Source: an uncultured Verrucomicrobiae bacterium
GTDB lineage: Bacteria; Verrucomicrobiota; Verrucomicrobiia; Chthoniobacterales; JAFAMB01
Direction of reading: 5' to 3'
NCBI GenBank assembly: GCA_963762565.1
Contig: CAVXLD010000001.1
Span: 608,001-672,000 of the forward strand
DNA: 64,000 bases
Made by a program: the position numbers and the translations under genes
The notes under the pieces: model-generated
Told to the model about the DNA's origin: nothing
The model's input: only the letters and a program-made list of their open reading frames with translations
The model's database searches: none
Shown: positions 40,681-50,620 of the stretch, one piece after another
Numbering within the stretch: position 1 is the stretch's first letter
Layout of the letters: every line of letters starts with the position of its first letter

Positions 40681-42003
40681 ATGCCAGCAGATGTTTTTAT
40701 CAGCCATTCAACCAAAGACAAAACGGTCGCCGAAGCTGTTTGTCACGAATTAGAAGCCAACGGCATCCGATGCTGGATCGCTCCTCGCGATATCGAATTC
40801 GGGTCGGACTGGACGGAAGGAATTACACACGGGATCGCCTCATGCAAGGTGTTCGTGCTGGTGTTCTCGGATTCCGCAAATACGTCGGATCATGTCCGGC
40901 GTGAAGTAGCCAAAGCGTTCTCACTCGGGTTGGCGGTGATTCCGTTTCGGACTGAGGACGTAGCGCCGAATCGGAGTCTCAGTTATTTCCTGGAGACGGT
41001 TCATTGGTTGGATGCATTCCCCTACCCGGCAGAAACCTATTTTGGTACGTTAGCCGATCAGATAAAGCGCTTGCTGGAACGACCTGCAGCCACCGGCGAG
41101 GACGGTGGACCAGCGGCGCAAACGATCGTCGCAGTCGCTGCTCCCGCGCAAGTTGGAGGCTCGCACCTGTCCTCCTCACCTACAGCGAAGGAAGAAGCGA
41201 GACGGGCTCCAGGCGTGCCGACCCCTTCGGCCGCACAAGCGGGGCGCGCTCCACGGAAGGGCGCGGGATTGAGGCGAACGTTTCTCAGATTTAATTTGGT
41301 GTTCTTACCCATCTTGGCGGCGGTTGTCGGCGGCGCAGCAGCGATTATCCACAGCCAACTGGAAAGCTACGCTCAACAGCAGATTGTGGCCGTAGCCCAG
41401 GTCATGTTAGAGACAGCCAAAGCATCACGGAAATATACAACCAAGCAGATTGCGCCCTTATTAGAAAGTCTGCAGTCATCAGATCAACAGTTTCATCCGC
41501 AATCGATCCCGTTTTATGCGGCTACAGAAGCATTCAATTATTTCCGACAGGCGCACCCCGATTTCGCTTACAAGGAAGCCGCGCTGAATCCCACTAACCC
41601 TCGGGATCGAACGGTGGATTGGGAAGCGGATATTGTGAACGCGTTTCAGAAGGACACCTCAAAAACAGAGCTGACCGGCCAGCGAGACACCCCTCTCGGG
41701 CCCTCTCTCTTTATCAGTACTCCGATCAAAGTCGATGACGCCAGTTGTCTAGAATGTCACAGCACGCCGGATAAAGCGCCTCCCGGCATGGTCAAACTTT
41801 ATGGGAGTGCAAATGGGTTCGGGTGGCAAGCGGGTGATATTATTGGGGCGCAGATCGTCAGTGTGCCTGCCGCGCTAACGGAAAAAATCGCGAGCAACGC
41901 GTTCCAATCGATCTTTTGGTGGCTGATCGGCAGCGCGATTGTCCTGTTTGCTGTAGCGAACGGAGCTCTGTTTTGGGTAGTACGCCAAGGAAGAGGCACA
42001 TGA
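40681..42003 (+). CDS. TIR domain - TM - Tll0287/DUF3365-like heme c sensor domain - TM protein
   Basis: VFISHS...CWIAPRDI...REV (TIR); TM FNLVFLPILAAVVGGAAAII; YKEAALNPTNPRDR...CLECHSTP...YG..NGFGW..GDIIGAQIVSVP; C-terminal TM. Confidence 0.85.
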   Translation: MPADVFISHSTKDKTVAEAVCHELEANGIRCWIAPRDIEFGSDWTEGITHGIASCKVFVLVFSDSANTSDHVRREVAKAFSLGLAVIPFRTEDVAPNRSLSYFLETVHWLDAFPYPAETYFGTLADQIKRLLERPAATGEDGGPAAQTIVAVAAPAQVGGSHLSSSPTAKEEARRAPGVPTPSAAQAGRAPRKGAGLRRTFLRFNLVFLPILAAVVGGAAAIIHSQLESYAQQQIVAVAQVMLETAKASRKYTTKQIAPLLESLQSSDQQFHPQSIPFYAATEAFNYFRQAHPDFAYKEAALNPTNPRDRTVDWEADIVNAFQKDTSKTELTGQRDTPLGPSLFISTPIKVDDASCLECHSTPDKAPPGMVKLYGSANGFGWQAGDIIGAQIVSVPAALTEKIASNAFQSIFWWLIGSAIVLFAVANGALFWVVRQGRGT

Positions 42004-42042
42004 TCCAGGCGGGCGCTGGAACAAATTGCCAAATGACAAATT

Positions 42043-42326
42043 TGGAGGGGAGCCGCTTTGGCGCGTTCTAGACGACCCCACCGATATTTTCCCGACGTTG
42101 ATTAGTCCGAAACGTGAAGTAAACAAGCGGCTCCCGGGAATAACCCAACGTTCGGCAGCTCTGCCGGCCAAAGTGGAATGAACAACAAGAACAGAACGAA
42201 TCCGCCCGGTGATAGCCTACGCTGGGTAATTCGCGGGAGCCGCCTGTTTTCGCACCTGTCGGTTGTTCCCGCGCAGGGAGTAACAGGGCGAGAGCATTAG
42301 ATATGCTCCAAAGCGGCTCCCCTCCA
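42043..42326. mobile_element. second member of the GGAGGGGAGCCGCTTTG MITE family
   Basis: tggaggggagccgctttgg ... ccaaagcggctcccctcca termini with internal gcggctcccg / cgggagccgc as at 40247-40448. Confidence 0.7.
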
Positions 42327-42332
42327 GTGCGC

Positions 42333-44756
42333 TCACTTTGCAATGACAGCTTGCACCGCAGCGACGGCATCGATTAAGCCAAAGCCATCGCCCGGCTGGT
42401 AGACGTGGGTTGCGGGGCCCGGCTTAAAAGCCCCAGAGATCGTCTGGCTCGAGAATCCGGACAAATTGGCGGTGAAGGTTGCGCCATTAGGAAGATCCAG
42501 AGCATCGACTCCTACTCCATAGGCGCTCTGGGTAAAACCTTTAAAACTTCCGGCCTCATTTTGTCCGACAGTGAAGCTGATGGAGGCCCCGTTCGTGAAC
42601 ACACCTTTCTTAAACTTAAGCGTAAACGTTGACGTGGCGCTGGAAGGAGATTCGACGGTCACTTCTGAGGAGCTGAATCCGTCTGCGGAGCCAATAATAA
42701 AATCTGCTGAGGTTGTATTAAAGACCAGACCAGCCGGGGAACCGTCGACGGTTACGCTATCAATGTATTCGTCGGATGGACCGAAATAATTAATGGTTAG
42801 GTAGTTCGGGCCGAAATAGAATGAGCCCAGCGCAGTAACCGAGATATTGCTTCCGCCATTCGAGCCATGAAAAGATGCTGATTCTTCAAAGCCACGTCGG
42901 GGCAACGCCGTATTTTCGAGCACCGATCTCACCCGGTCAGCATCGAGCGAAGCGGGTCCTCCGGCAGCCTGCAACATCAGCGCAACTACACCAGCGACGG
43001 TTGGCCCAGACGCGCTGGTGCCGAAAAATGCGAAAGGATAGTCATAGTAGCCCGGCTTATAAAAGAAAGTAGTAATAACGCCGTCTACCCCTGCCACCTC
43101 GGGCTTTAGCCGCACCTCGGGCGTGCTCAGGCGGACTCCGTTTTCATCGAAATAGATATAGGCTGGTCCCGGCGTAGTGTAGTTCTCTAGCTCAGGCTGA
43201 TACGGCGGTTCTGGTTTCCAGTTAAAGACATAGGCTGCCACTCCGATAGCCGACGCGGCGGCCGGATGCCCGTAAATGATGGGGACGTTCAAGGGAGCCG
43301 GTTGAAAATAGGTACCGGTCAGAATGCTTAATCCGTCCAGGCTGGTATACATTGCCAGTTGATGAGTGGCGGGTGGCGGTGGAGCCTTAGGATCGGTCTG
43401 CGTGGTCTTGGTAAAGGCAATCTGATAAGCGGTACCCAAGTTCAGGCTCCCGGTGTACTTGAAAGGTTCCTGGGTTTTGAAGGCATTGCGAGTGCCGCTC
43501 AACGCGCGCAAAAAGTTACCGTTTGCATCAAAAACCAGAAAATTATAGTTGGTGGTGATCCCGTCGTCCTGATCGAACAAATCATCCCATTGTAGAAAAA
43601 GGTTGTACAGATACTGGGAAGGCCCGGGTACAACCAAAGTCGTGACCGGTTCAGAACCGCCTTCGGGATTCCAGTTGTGCCATCCGCCAGCTGTCAACGC
43701 AGGATCCAGGTAATGAGGCGAGTTCTTATCGGTAACATCCAATTTAAGATTGCCATGCTGGCCTGCCGCCCGCACCTCAGCGTCGGACAGCTCGCGGTAG
43801 GCGCTGCGATAGCCGTTGTTACCATCATTACCGGCCGATGAAGTATAAATCACTTTCTTACCTGGCAAGGTTTTGCTCGTAACTACGGCGTCAACGGCTT
43901 GAGAAACGATGCCATCGGAAAAGACCGGCTCATCGTAATAGCCAAGGTCATCATCAATTACATCGCAATTCGCTTCAGTTCTAAGCCGAACGATATTATT
44001 GGCAAAACCGACTTCACTGTAATTGCCGGTCGCGAACGCTTCATTACAACTCGGCGCTTCCGCGTAAGCAATCTGACAGATAGCGCGCCCTTCATCGCTA
44101 CCGGGCTTGCCCGGTTTACCCCAGTCCTGAAGGACATTAACAACTGGCAAATAACCATCTTTTTCATCCACCTCAGCGGTGGTCCGAGGCGGATGCTTAG
44201 CATATTGAGCCGTGTTGAAGCTGTCGGATAGCACACCGATGGTGATGCCGTTCCCGGTGAGCCCCTGTTGGTTGAGCACATCGGTTTGCAACACTTCGCG
44301 GCTCTGAGAAGAATATTTACCGGCCCGCTTGACGGGCTCGTGTTCCATGGTTAAAGCGCGAACTCCGAGAATACCGGCAATATTGTCCAGTTGATCCGTA
44401 GGAACATAAGCGGCCAGAATGCCGTGACGGTAGGTGGAATTACGATCGAGAACGACTCCTTGCAAAGATTGGAGGTGCTGCGCGACCTGGTCCAGCGAGC
44501 TTCGTCCATCCAATAGCACATGAACCAGCACGCGATCCTGATCGTCGAATCGCCCGCCGATGGCCTCTTTGTCTGTGTCACTGACCTTCGCGATTTGGGA
44601 ATGCACACCCGAGGCGCCGGCCTCCGGCATCGACAACTTCGCGTGCTCAGACAAGGTTGCTAACCCCGAATCGAGGTTCTGCGCTGATTCAGCACTAAAA
44701 GCGGCGGAGGCAAACAAAAAGGAAGCAGAGATTGCGGCGTAACGGCTAAGGTTCAT
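42333..44756 (-). CDS. secreted subtilase (S8/S53-like, DEG-type), paralogue B
   Basis: Signal peptide and propeptide; GVLSDS, SDEGRA, SSAGN, FFGTSAS; ends GFGLIDA. Confidence 0.85.
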   Translation of the reverse strand: MNLSRYAAISASFLFASAAFSAESAQNLDSGLATLSEHAKLSMPEAGASGVHSQIAKVSDTDKEAIGGRFDDQDRVLVHVLLDGRSSLDQVAQHLQSLQGVVLDRNSTYRHGILAAYVPTDQLDNIAGILGVRALTMEHEPVKRAGKYSSQSREVLQTDVLNQQGLTGNGITIGVLSDSFNTAQYAKHPPRTTAEVDEKDGYLPVVNVLQDWGKPGKPGSDEGRAICQIAYAEAPSCNEAFATGNYSEVGFANNIVRLRTEANCDVIDDDLGYYDEPVFSDGIVSQAVDAVVTSKTLPGKKVIYTSSAGNDGNNGYRSAYRELSDAEVRAAGQHGNLKLDVTDKNSPHYLDPALTAGGWHNWNPEGGSEPVTTLVVPGPSQYLYNLFLQWDDLFDQDDGITTNYNFLVFDANGNFLRALSGTRNAFKTQEPFKYTGSLNLGTAYQIAFTKTTQTDPKAPPPPATHQLAMYTSLDGLSILTGTYFQPAPLNVPIIYGHPAAASAIGVAAYVFNWKPEPPYQPELENYTTPGPAYIYFDENGVRLSTPEVRLKPEVAGVDGVITTFFYKPGYYDYPFAFFGTSASGPTVAGVVALMLQAAGGPASLDADRVRSVLENTALPRRGFEESASFHGSNGGSNISVTALGSFYFGPNYLTINYFGPSDEYIDSVTVDGSPAGLVFNTTSADFIIGSADGFSSSEVTVESPSSATSTFTLKFKKGVFTNGASISFTVGQNEAGSFKGFTQSAYGVGVDALDLPNGATFTANLSGFSSQTISGAFKPGPATHVYQPGDGFGLIDAVAAVQAVIAK

Positions 44757-44853
44757 GAGATTGCTTCTAGGACGTCCCTGAAAAGCTTTTGGGATTCAAC
44801 AGGTTCAATCAAAAGACGCAATGAGTTGTCAAAGGTTTTCCACGGATTCTATT

Positions 44854-44936
44854 TTTCACAACAAAGGCCGCAAAGGCCACAAAGAGGGATTTTTCTGTCT
44901 CCTATCTTTGTGGCCTTTGCGGCCTTTGTTGTGAAA
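44854..44936. repeat. perfect 32-bp inverted repeat (CAAAGGCC 9-mer-arm family)
   Basis: tttcacaacaaaggccgcaaaggccacaaaga / tctttgtggcctttgcggcctttgttgtgaaa; a further right arm lies at 45530-45560. Confidence 0.9.
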
Positions 44937-45039
44937 TTTTGGGCTTCGACTTTGCGTTCTTGCGTGATATCCCTGCGTTTCGCTGTGACTCTGGTACTTT
45001 GCGGCTTTGTTGTGGCTTTGTCTTTTGGCCGGACTAGGA

Positions 45040-45437
45040 CTACAGAGCTTCCTTAAGGACTACGCGTCGGATTCCGTTCTTCAGAACGACCTCGTGAAAG
45101 TTGAACAAAAGGCCTAACGGCCTTTTGAGGAGCTTCATATAGCTCATGAGCTGGGCTTCGTGGATTGGGAGAATTTCTTGTACGGCCTTAAACTCAAGAA
45201 TCAGGACGTCATCAATCAGAAAGTCGAGTCGCAAAGGTTCCTCGAAAACGAAACCTTTGTACTCCAGTTCAACCCTCAGCTCTCTTACATATGGAATCTG
45301 ACGAAGCTCGCACTCCCGGCCAAAACACTTTTGTAAATCTCTTCGATTAAGCCGGGACCCTCGATCCGATGAACCTCTATAGCCGCCCCGATTACACCGC
45401 TGCTCCACACGTTAGCTTTCCGTAACGAATCCCACAT
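45040..45437 (-). CDS. GxxExxY protein with one frameshift near 45330 (error or pseudogene)
   Basis: MWDSLRKANVWSSGVIGAAIEVHRIEGPGLIEEIY in one frame, then RLDFLIDD.LILEFKAV..ILPIHEAQLMSYMKL...LLFNF in the listed ORF. Confidence 0.8.
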
Positions 45438-45640
45438 TTCGTTAACCTAGTGAATCCGACACTCAACAACATAGTATTTATATGTTTTATTCTATCAAGA
45501 AAACGGAATCAACCACGGTCGTTCTGAACCTTTGTGGCCTCTGCGGCCTTTGCTGTGAAATTTTTTCAGTGGACCTCGACAACTGCGCGGACCGGCAGCC
45601 CGGTCCGCGCCTTGTCTCAAGAAGTCTCGCTGTGCCGGCT

Positions 45641-48124
45641 TTACTTTGTGGTTGCGGGCTTCGCAGTGGAACTGACGGCTTGCACCGCAGCAACGCCGTT
45701 GATCAAACCAAAACCGTCCACCGGACTATAGCCTGTCACCGGTGAGCCAATTAGAAACGGAGCGGTCACCGTTTCACTAGTTGAACCGGGCAATGTCGCG
45801 GTAAAGGTGGCGCCGTAGCCTAAGTCTTCAGACTCACAACCAATTCCGAACTGGTCCTGGGTGAAACCCGTAAATGTGCCAGCCACATCTTGACCGACCG
45901 TGAAGCTGATAGAAGCGCCGGAGGTAAATACCCCTCTTTTGAATCTCAGGGTAAATACCGGGGTTGCCTTGGACGGCTTTTCAACGGTGACATCCGATGC
46001 AGTGACCCCGATCGTCGGTCCTACAAGAAATTCCTTCGTATTAAATGTCAGACCTGGTTTCGACCCATCAATGGTTAAGGTATCAATCGATTGGCCGGCA
46101 GGACCGAAATAGTTCAAGGTGAGATAAGTCGGTCCGAAAAAAGATTCAGCCAGAGCGGTAACAGACACAAAACCGCCACTAACCGAGCCAATCGCCTGGG
46201 TCACCTCCGGAGTACTGTTTCTGGGCTCGCCGCTGTTTTCTAAGGCAGTTCGTACGGTGTCTAGACTAAGGGAGCTTGGCCCTCCGCCCTCCTGCAACAT
46301 CAGTGCGACTACTCCGGCAACGGTAGGTGCAGCCGCACTAGTGCCAAAGAAGGCGAAAGGATAGTTGTAGTAGGGTGCACCAAAGAACGTGGTAAGGACA
46401 CCATCCACGCCGGCCACCTCAGGTTTCAGGCGAGTTTGCGGGGCAGGCAACCGATTATTGTTTTCATCGAAATAAATGATTGCCGGACCCGGCGAGGTGA
46501 AATTGTCCAGCTGCGGCAGGAACGGCCGCGTCGGTCTCCAGTTAAACGCATAAGCGGCAACTGCAATCGCAGATCGAGCGGCGGGATGCCCAAAGATGTT
46601 AGGAAGAGTTAACGGAGCCGGTTGAAAGTATTTGCCGTACAGCTGGCTCGCACCGTCCAGGAACGTTAATAAAGCAAGCTGGTGGGTGGCAGGGATTGGT
46701 CCGGCCAGCGAGTCCGTTTTCTTCGATTTAGTAATTGCGATTTGGTAAGTCGTCCCCAGGGAGAGGTTACCAGTTTGCTGATAAGCTTCTTGGGTAACAA
46801 AAGTGTTACTCGTGCCGCTCAGCTCCGGGTGGTAGTTCCCATCGGCATCGAATACCAGGAAGTTAAAATCGGTGGTAATACCATGGTCCTCGAAGAATGG
46901 ATCATCCCACTGGAAGAAGAGCATGTAAGAAAAGTTGGTCGGTCCGGGTGCCATGACGGCGGTGGACGGCTCAAACCCACCATTCGGATTCCAATTGTGC
47001 CAACCGCCGGCGGTCAAAGAAGAGGCTACATTGGTCAAGTTCAGGTTGCCGTGATTTCCGGCTCTTACAGAGGCATCGCTGAGATTCCGATAGGGATTTC
47101 GATAGCCATTGTTTCCTTCGTTGCCAGCCGAGGATGTATAAATAACTGGCTTGCCCGGTATGGTGGTACTATTGACAACCGTATTGACCGCCTGGGCGAC
47201 ATAGGTATCGGAAAAAACCCCTTCGTCAGAATAGCCAACATCGTCATCGATGACGTCGCAGTTCGCCTGGGTCCTGAGTGCAACGATATTATTGGCGAAC
47301 CCAATCTCGCTAGCGAATGCGGTCGCAAACGCCTCATTAATATGCGGCGCTTCAGAATACACGATTTGGCAAATCGCCCGGCCTTCATCAGTGCCAGGAT
47401 TACCTGGACCGCCAAAGTCCTGGAGAACGTTAACGACCGGCAGGTATCCCATTTTCACATCTTGGGCAGCGGTCGTGGCAGGAGGAGGCGTACCGAATTG
47501 GGCAGTGTTAAAGCTATCGGAAAGGACGCCGACGGTAATCCCGTCCCCGTTGAGACCTTGTTTGTTGAGGACGTTGGTTTGGAGGATCACGCCCGATTGC
47601 GAAGAAAACTTACGTCGTGCGATCGGAGGCGCTTCCATGGTCAACGCCCGAACTCCCTTAATCGTCGACGCGTTTTTGAGTTCGTCCGTCGGAACATAAG
47701 CGGCAAAGATCCCATGATGGAAATTTGGGTCCCGATCTAGCACCTGGCCCTGCAAGGACTCGATCTGTGCTGCAACGTCGTCAATGGAGGTTTGTCCGTT
47801 GAGCAGCACATGGACTAGGACGCGGTCCTGGGCGTCGAATCGGCCGCGGATTATTGCTTTGTCCGCAGCGCTCACCTTGGCAATTTGTCCGTGCACCCCG
47901 GCGGCATCGGCGTTTGGCATCGATAGGCCGGCATGTTGGGACAAGGTTAACAGCCAGCAATCGAGGTTGCTGGTTCCAGATTCTTCGGCACTGGAAACCA
48001 GGGCTGAGAATCCGAGGCAGCAGGCAAGGGCTAATGCAAACCTTAAGTTTGCTCGAGCGAATCGCTCGGTTAGGACTAATACACCATTAGCAGTCCCGGC
48101 TTTATCGTAGGAGTTATCGTTCAT
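45641..48124 (-). CDS. secreted subtilase (S8/S53-like, DEG-type), paralogue A
   Basis: GVLSDS, TDEGRA, SSAGN, FFGTSAAAP; colinear with 42333-44756. Confidence 0.85.
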   Translation of the reverse strand: MNDNSYDKAGTANGVLVLTERFARANLRFALALACCLGFSALVSSAEESGTSNLDCWLLTLSQHAGLSMPNADAAGVHGQIAKVSAADKAIIRGRFDAQDRVLVHVLLNGQTSIDDVAAQIESLQGQVLDRDPNFHHGIFAAYVPTDELKNASTIKGVRALTMEAPPIARRKFSSQSGVILQTNVLNKQGLNGDGITVGVLSDSFNTAQFGTPPPATTAAQDVKMGYLPVVNVLQDFGGPGNPGTDEGRAICQIVYSEAPHINEAFATAFASEIGFANNIVALRTQANCDVIDDDVGYSDEGVFSDTYVAQAVNTVVNSTTIPGKPVIYTSSAGNEGNNGYRNPYRNLSDASVRAGNHGNLNLTNVASSLTAGGWHNWNPNGGFEPSTAVMAPGPTNFSYMLFFQWDDPFFEDHGITTDFNFLVFDADGNYHPELSGTSNTFVTQEAYQQTGNLSLGTTYQIAITKSKKTDSLAGPIPATHQLALLTFLDGASQLYGKYFQPAPLTLPNIFGHPAARSAIAVAAYAFNWRPTRPFLPQLDNFTSPGPAIIYFDENNNRLPAPQTRLKPEVAGVDGVLTTFFGAPYYNYPFAFFGTSAAAPTVAGVVALMLQEGGGPSSLSLDTVRTALENSGEPRNSTPEVTQAIGSVSGGFVSVTALAESFFGPTYLTLNYFGPAGQSIDTLTIDGSKPGLTFNTKEFLVGPTIGVTASDVTVEKPSKATPVFTLRFKRGVFTSGASISFTVGQDVAGTFTGFTQDQFGIGCESEDLGYGATFTATLPGSTSETVTAPFLIGSPVTGYSPVDGFGLINGVAAVQAVSSTAKPATTK

Positions 48125-48306
48125 AAGTTGATGACATAAGGGGGAGAGGCCCCGGCAAACCCACCAAACAGCCTTTCAACCAGAAGAGACAAGCAATTGT
48201 CAAAGGTATTCCCGCAGATTGGATTTTATAGCAAGACCACCGCGTGCAGGAGCCGCAATCGAAAGCGCAGAAACCTCACGCAAGGACCCAAAGATGAATA
48301 CAAACT

Positions 48307-48387
48307 TTCACAACAAAGGCCTCAAAGGCCGCCAAGATAAGAGACACAGAAATCCCTCTTTGTGGCCTTTGCGGCCTTTGCTGTGAA
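48307..48387. repeat. gene-less hairpin of the CAAAGGCC family, inverted relative to 44854-44936
   Basis: Same arms; spacer taagagacacagaaatccc approximates the reverse complement of the 44886-44904 spacer. Confidence 0.85.
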
Positions 48388-48425
48388 CTATTTCTCTTAA
48401 TTTGGGCCTCTTGTTGTGCCCTCCG

Positions 48426-49517
48426 TCACCCTGGCAAACGGAATTCGGCCACGACCGGGAGATGGTCGGATAGATCTAACATACCATCCTGACGGACTCC
48501 GTATTTTTCGACGGAAACGGAGGGAGCGGCAAAGAGATAGTCGAGGGTTCGGACGGGAATTCGTTTGGATTCTGAGCGCACTGTGTAGGTAAAGAATTGA
48601 TCCATCGCTCTGTCAGTAGCGTCATGGACGGTGGGCACACCTTGATAACTCCGATAAATTTGAGTGATGGCAGAGGGTTCGGAGTACGTTCCTCGAGTTC
48701 CCACCGGCAGACGTGACCGCTGGCCTGGCGGCAATAGATTAAAATCGCCTCCGATGATCCACGGCCGATTCCGCTCATCCAGATGAGCGAGGAAGTGATG
48801 AATCTTGTTCACTTGCCGGTCCATAACGTCGGTGCCGTGCGGGAACGCATCCAAATGCGTGTTCAGCATCGCCAGCACTCCGCCATCGCGACTCGGTACT
48901 TCCACTTCGAGAATGGCTCGCTTGAGATTGAAGTCGTTGGCGATCGGATTACCTGGCCGCAGCGGTAAACGATACCTGCGGGCGGCTCCGAGGCGGTATT
49001 TTGAAAAGATCACAAGCTTGGTCCCGGCAGAGCCCCAGATCTTTGGGTGAGGTACAAATCTCGAACGCCAATAGTCCGCAGTTACATAGTTCCGCAAATC
49101 GAGAGGGAGAGCGTCGCGCAGCAAGCTCACTTCATCCAGATAGGCAGTTCTGCGCGCGCCAGCGTCAACTTCTTGCAGCAAAACGAAGTCAGGCTGCTCC
49201 TCAGCAACGAATTTAGCGAATCGGCTGATGGTCGTGTACACGTCTTCAGGGTTCACCAGTGTGTCCGGCCCACCGTCATAAAAGAAATTGTAACCAGTAC
49301 CGGCAAAGAACTGGGCATTATAAGTGATCACCTTGATGGCTTGGCCCGGGGAGAGCACGGGAGCCCCGCCGCAATTATGAGGGTGCATCGTTTCAACCGG
49401 CCGAGGATGATAGTTCAGAAATCGAGAAAGCAGGTATCCTCCGGCGACTAGCGCGCCCAGCGTAATCAACGTTTTATCTAGTTTGTCGTCTGCGTGATAG
49501 TCGGGTAGCGGCTTCAT
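48426..49517 (-). CDS. endonuclease/exonuclease/phosphatase family protein
   Basis: TYN, LLQEVD, NTHL, GGDFN, LDY and SDHLPV motifs; N-terminal hydrophobic anchor. Confidence 0.9.
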   Translation of the reverse strand: MKPLPDYHADDKLDKTLITLGALVAGGYLLSRFLNYHPRPVETMHPHNCGGAPVLSPGQAIKVITYNAQFFAGTGYNFFYDGGPDTLVNPEDVYTTISRFAKFVAEEQPDFVLLQEVDAGARRTAYLDEVSLLRDALPLDLRNYVTADYWRSRFVPHPKIWGSAGTKLVIFSKYRLGAARRYRLPLRPGNPIANDFNLKRAILEVEVPSRDGGVLAMLNTHLDAFPHGTDVMDRQVNKIHHFLAHLDERNRPWIIGGDFNLLPPGQRSRLPVGTRGTYSEPSAITQIYRSYQGVPTVHDATDRAMDQFFTYTVRSESKRIPVRTLDYLFAAPSVSVEKYGVRQDGMLDLSDHLPVVAEFRLPG

Positions 49518-49558
49518 GACATGGACAAGTTAGACCACACGTCGGGGGGCGCAATTGG

Positions 49559-49744
49559 CGGCGTGGCGTTTGGCGTTCGGCGTTCGGCGTTCGGCGTTCG
49601 GCGTTCGGCGTCGCTCGTGCTCGACGAATCAGGGGCGCTGGCACGGATAGGACTTATGGGACCAATGGGACTTATATGATGCATGCAGGTCCTCTTGGTC
49701 TCATAGGTCCTATCCGTACCACCGCGCTGACTCGACGAGCACGA
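49559..49744. repeat. (GGCGTTC)n heptamer run followed by an imperfect inverted-repeat element with 9-nt units
   Basis: About 7 heptamers, then tcgtgctcg...ggataggacttatgggaccaatgggac / gtcctcttggtctcataggtcctatcc...cgagcacga. Confidence 0.7.
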
Positions 49745-49753
49745 AAAAGCGCA

Positions 49754-50248
49754 TCATGGCGCGTTGATCACATATTCGTAGCGGGAGAGATGATACGGGC
49801 CGACATCGCGGTAGCTATGGAAGCGGAAGCCGAATCGTTCGTAGATAGCGCGAAGAGCTTGGCGATCGGCCTCACAATCCAGACGCAAATAAGAACGACC
49901 TAGAGAAGCCGCGTGATTCACCGCCCAATCGAGCATCTTGGTGGAAACGCCTCTGCCAGCAAATTGCCGCCTTACGGCGATTCGATGCACGTAGGCTGCA
50001 TCGTTCCCCGGTAGGTCAGGCCAGAAACGAGCATCTTCCAGTTGGAACTTAATCGTGCCGGCCGGTTCTCCGTCGTAATGGGCGAGATAGAACAAACCGG
50101 CTTCAACGTCGTTATGAACCCGATCGGGATTTAACTCCTCATCACGCCACATCGTGCGGCCAGTGGTCCGTAGCCAGTCTGCTGCTTCCTTCAGAATGGT
50201 CGATACGGTAACGAGGTCGGCCAAGGTAGCTTGCTTCAGTTCGATCAT
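49754..50248 (-). CDS. GNAT N-acetyltransferase
   Basis: YVHRIAVRRQFAGRG, LRLDC and YERFGF motifs. Confidence 0.88.
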   Translation of the reverse strand: MIELKQATLADLVTVSTILKEAADWLRTTGRTMWRDEELNPDRVHNDVEAGLFYLAHYDGEPAGTIKFQLEDARFWPDLPGNDAAYVHRIAVRRQFAGRGVSTKMLDWAVNHAASLGRSYLRLDCEADRQALRAIYERFGFRFHSYRDVGPYHLSRYEYVINAP

Positions 50249-50620
50249 CGCGGTGGAGAGAGATCATTTTGTCCGTTGAAACATGACTGGCAGAATAAAC
50301 TGCCGCTCTGATCCGGTGCAAACTTCCGATTCTCTTTCGCCCAACGCGCCGAAGCGGCTCCCAACCGTGCTGGCCCGCTGATGGGAACGATGTCAACGAT
50401 TCGTCCGTTCTTCACTGTGATCAGCAGACGAACCGGATCTCGAATCACCGAAGGCGACACTACCGGCGACGGTTTGGTCGCAATCGAGTCGTGTTGCCCG
50501 GATTCGCCTCCTGCTAAGACCGGCGGTGGTTGGTTGCAGAGGACAATTACCTGTGCGCCAGAACCGCCCGCTGGTAATTTTATCCCAGGAAGGCATGCCA
50601 CCTGTATCTCGGGAAGTTTC
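50245..50620 (-). CDS. possible TonB-C-terminal-like protein fragment
   Basis: Pro-rich stretch followed by VRLLITVKNGRIVDIVPISGP..L..AS..W....KF; upstream part overlaps a REP arm, boundaries unclear. Confidence 0.3.

Noticed and set aside
46682..47740. 352-aa plus-strand ORF (and similar long antisense ORFs such as 7816-8640)
   Set aside because: Antisense shadows of well-supported genes with no recognisable motifs.
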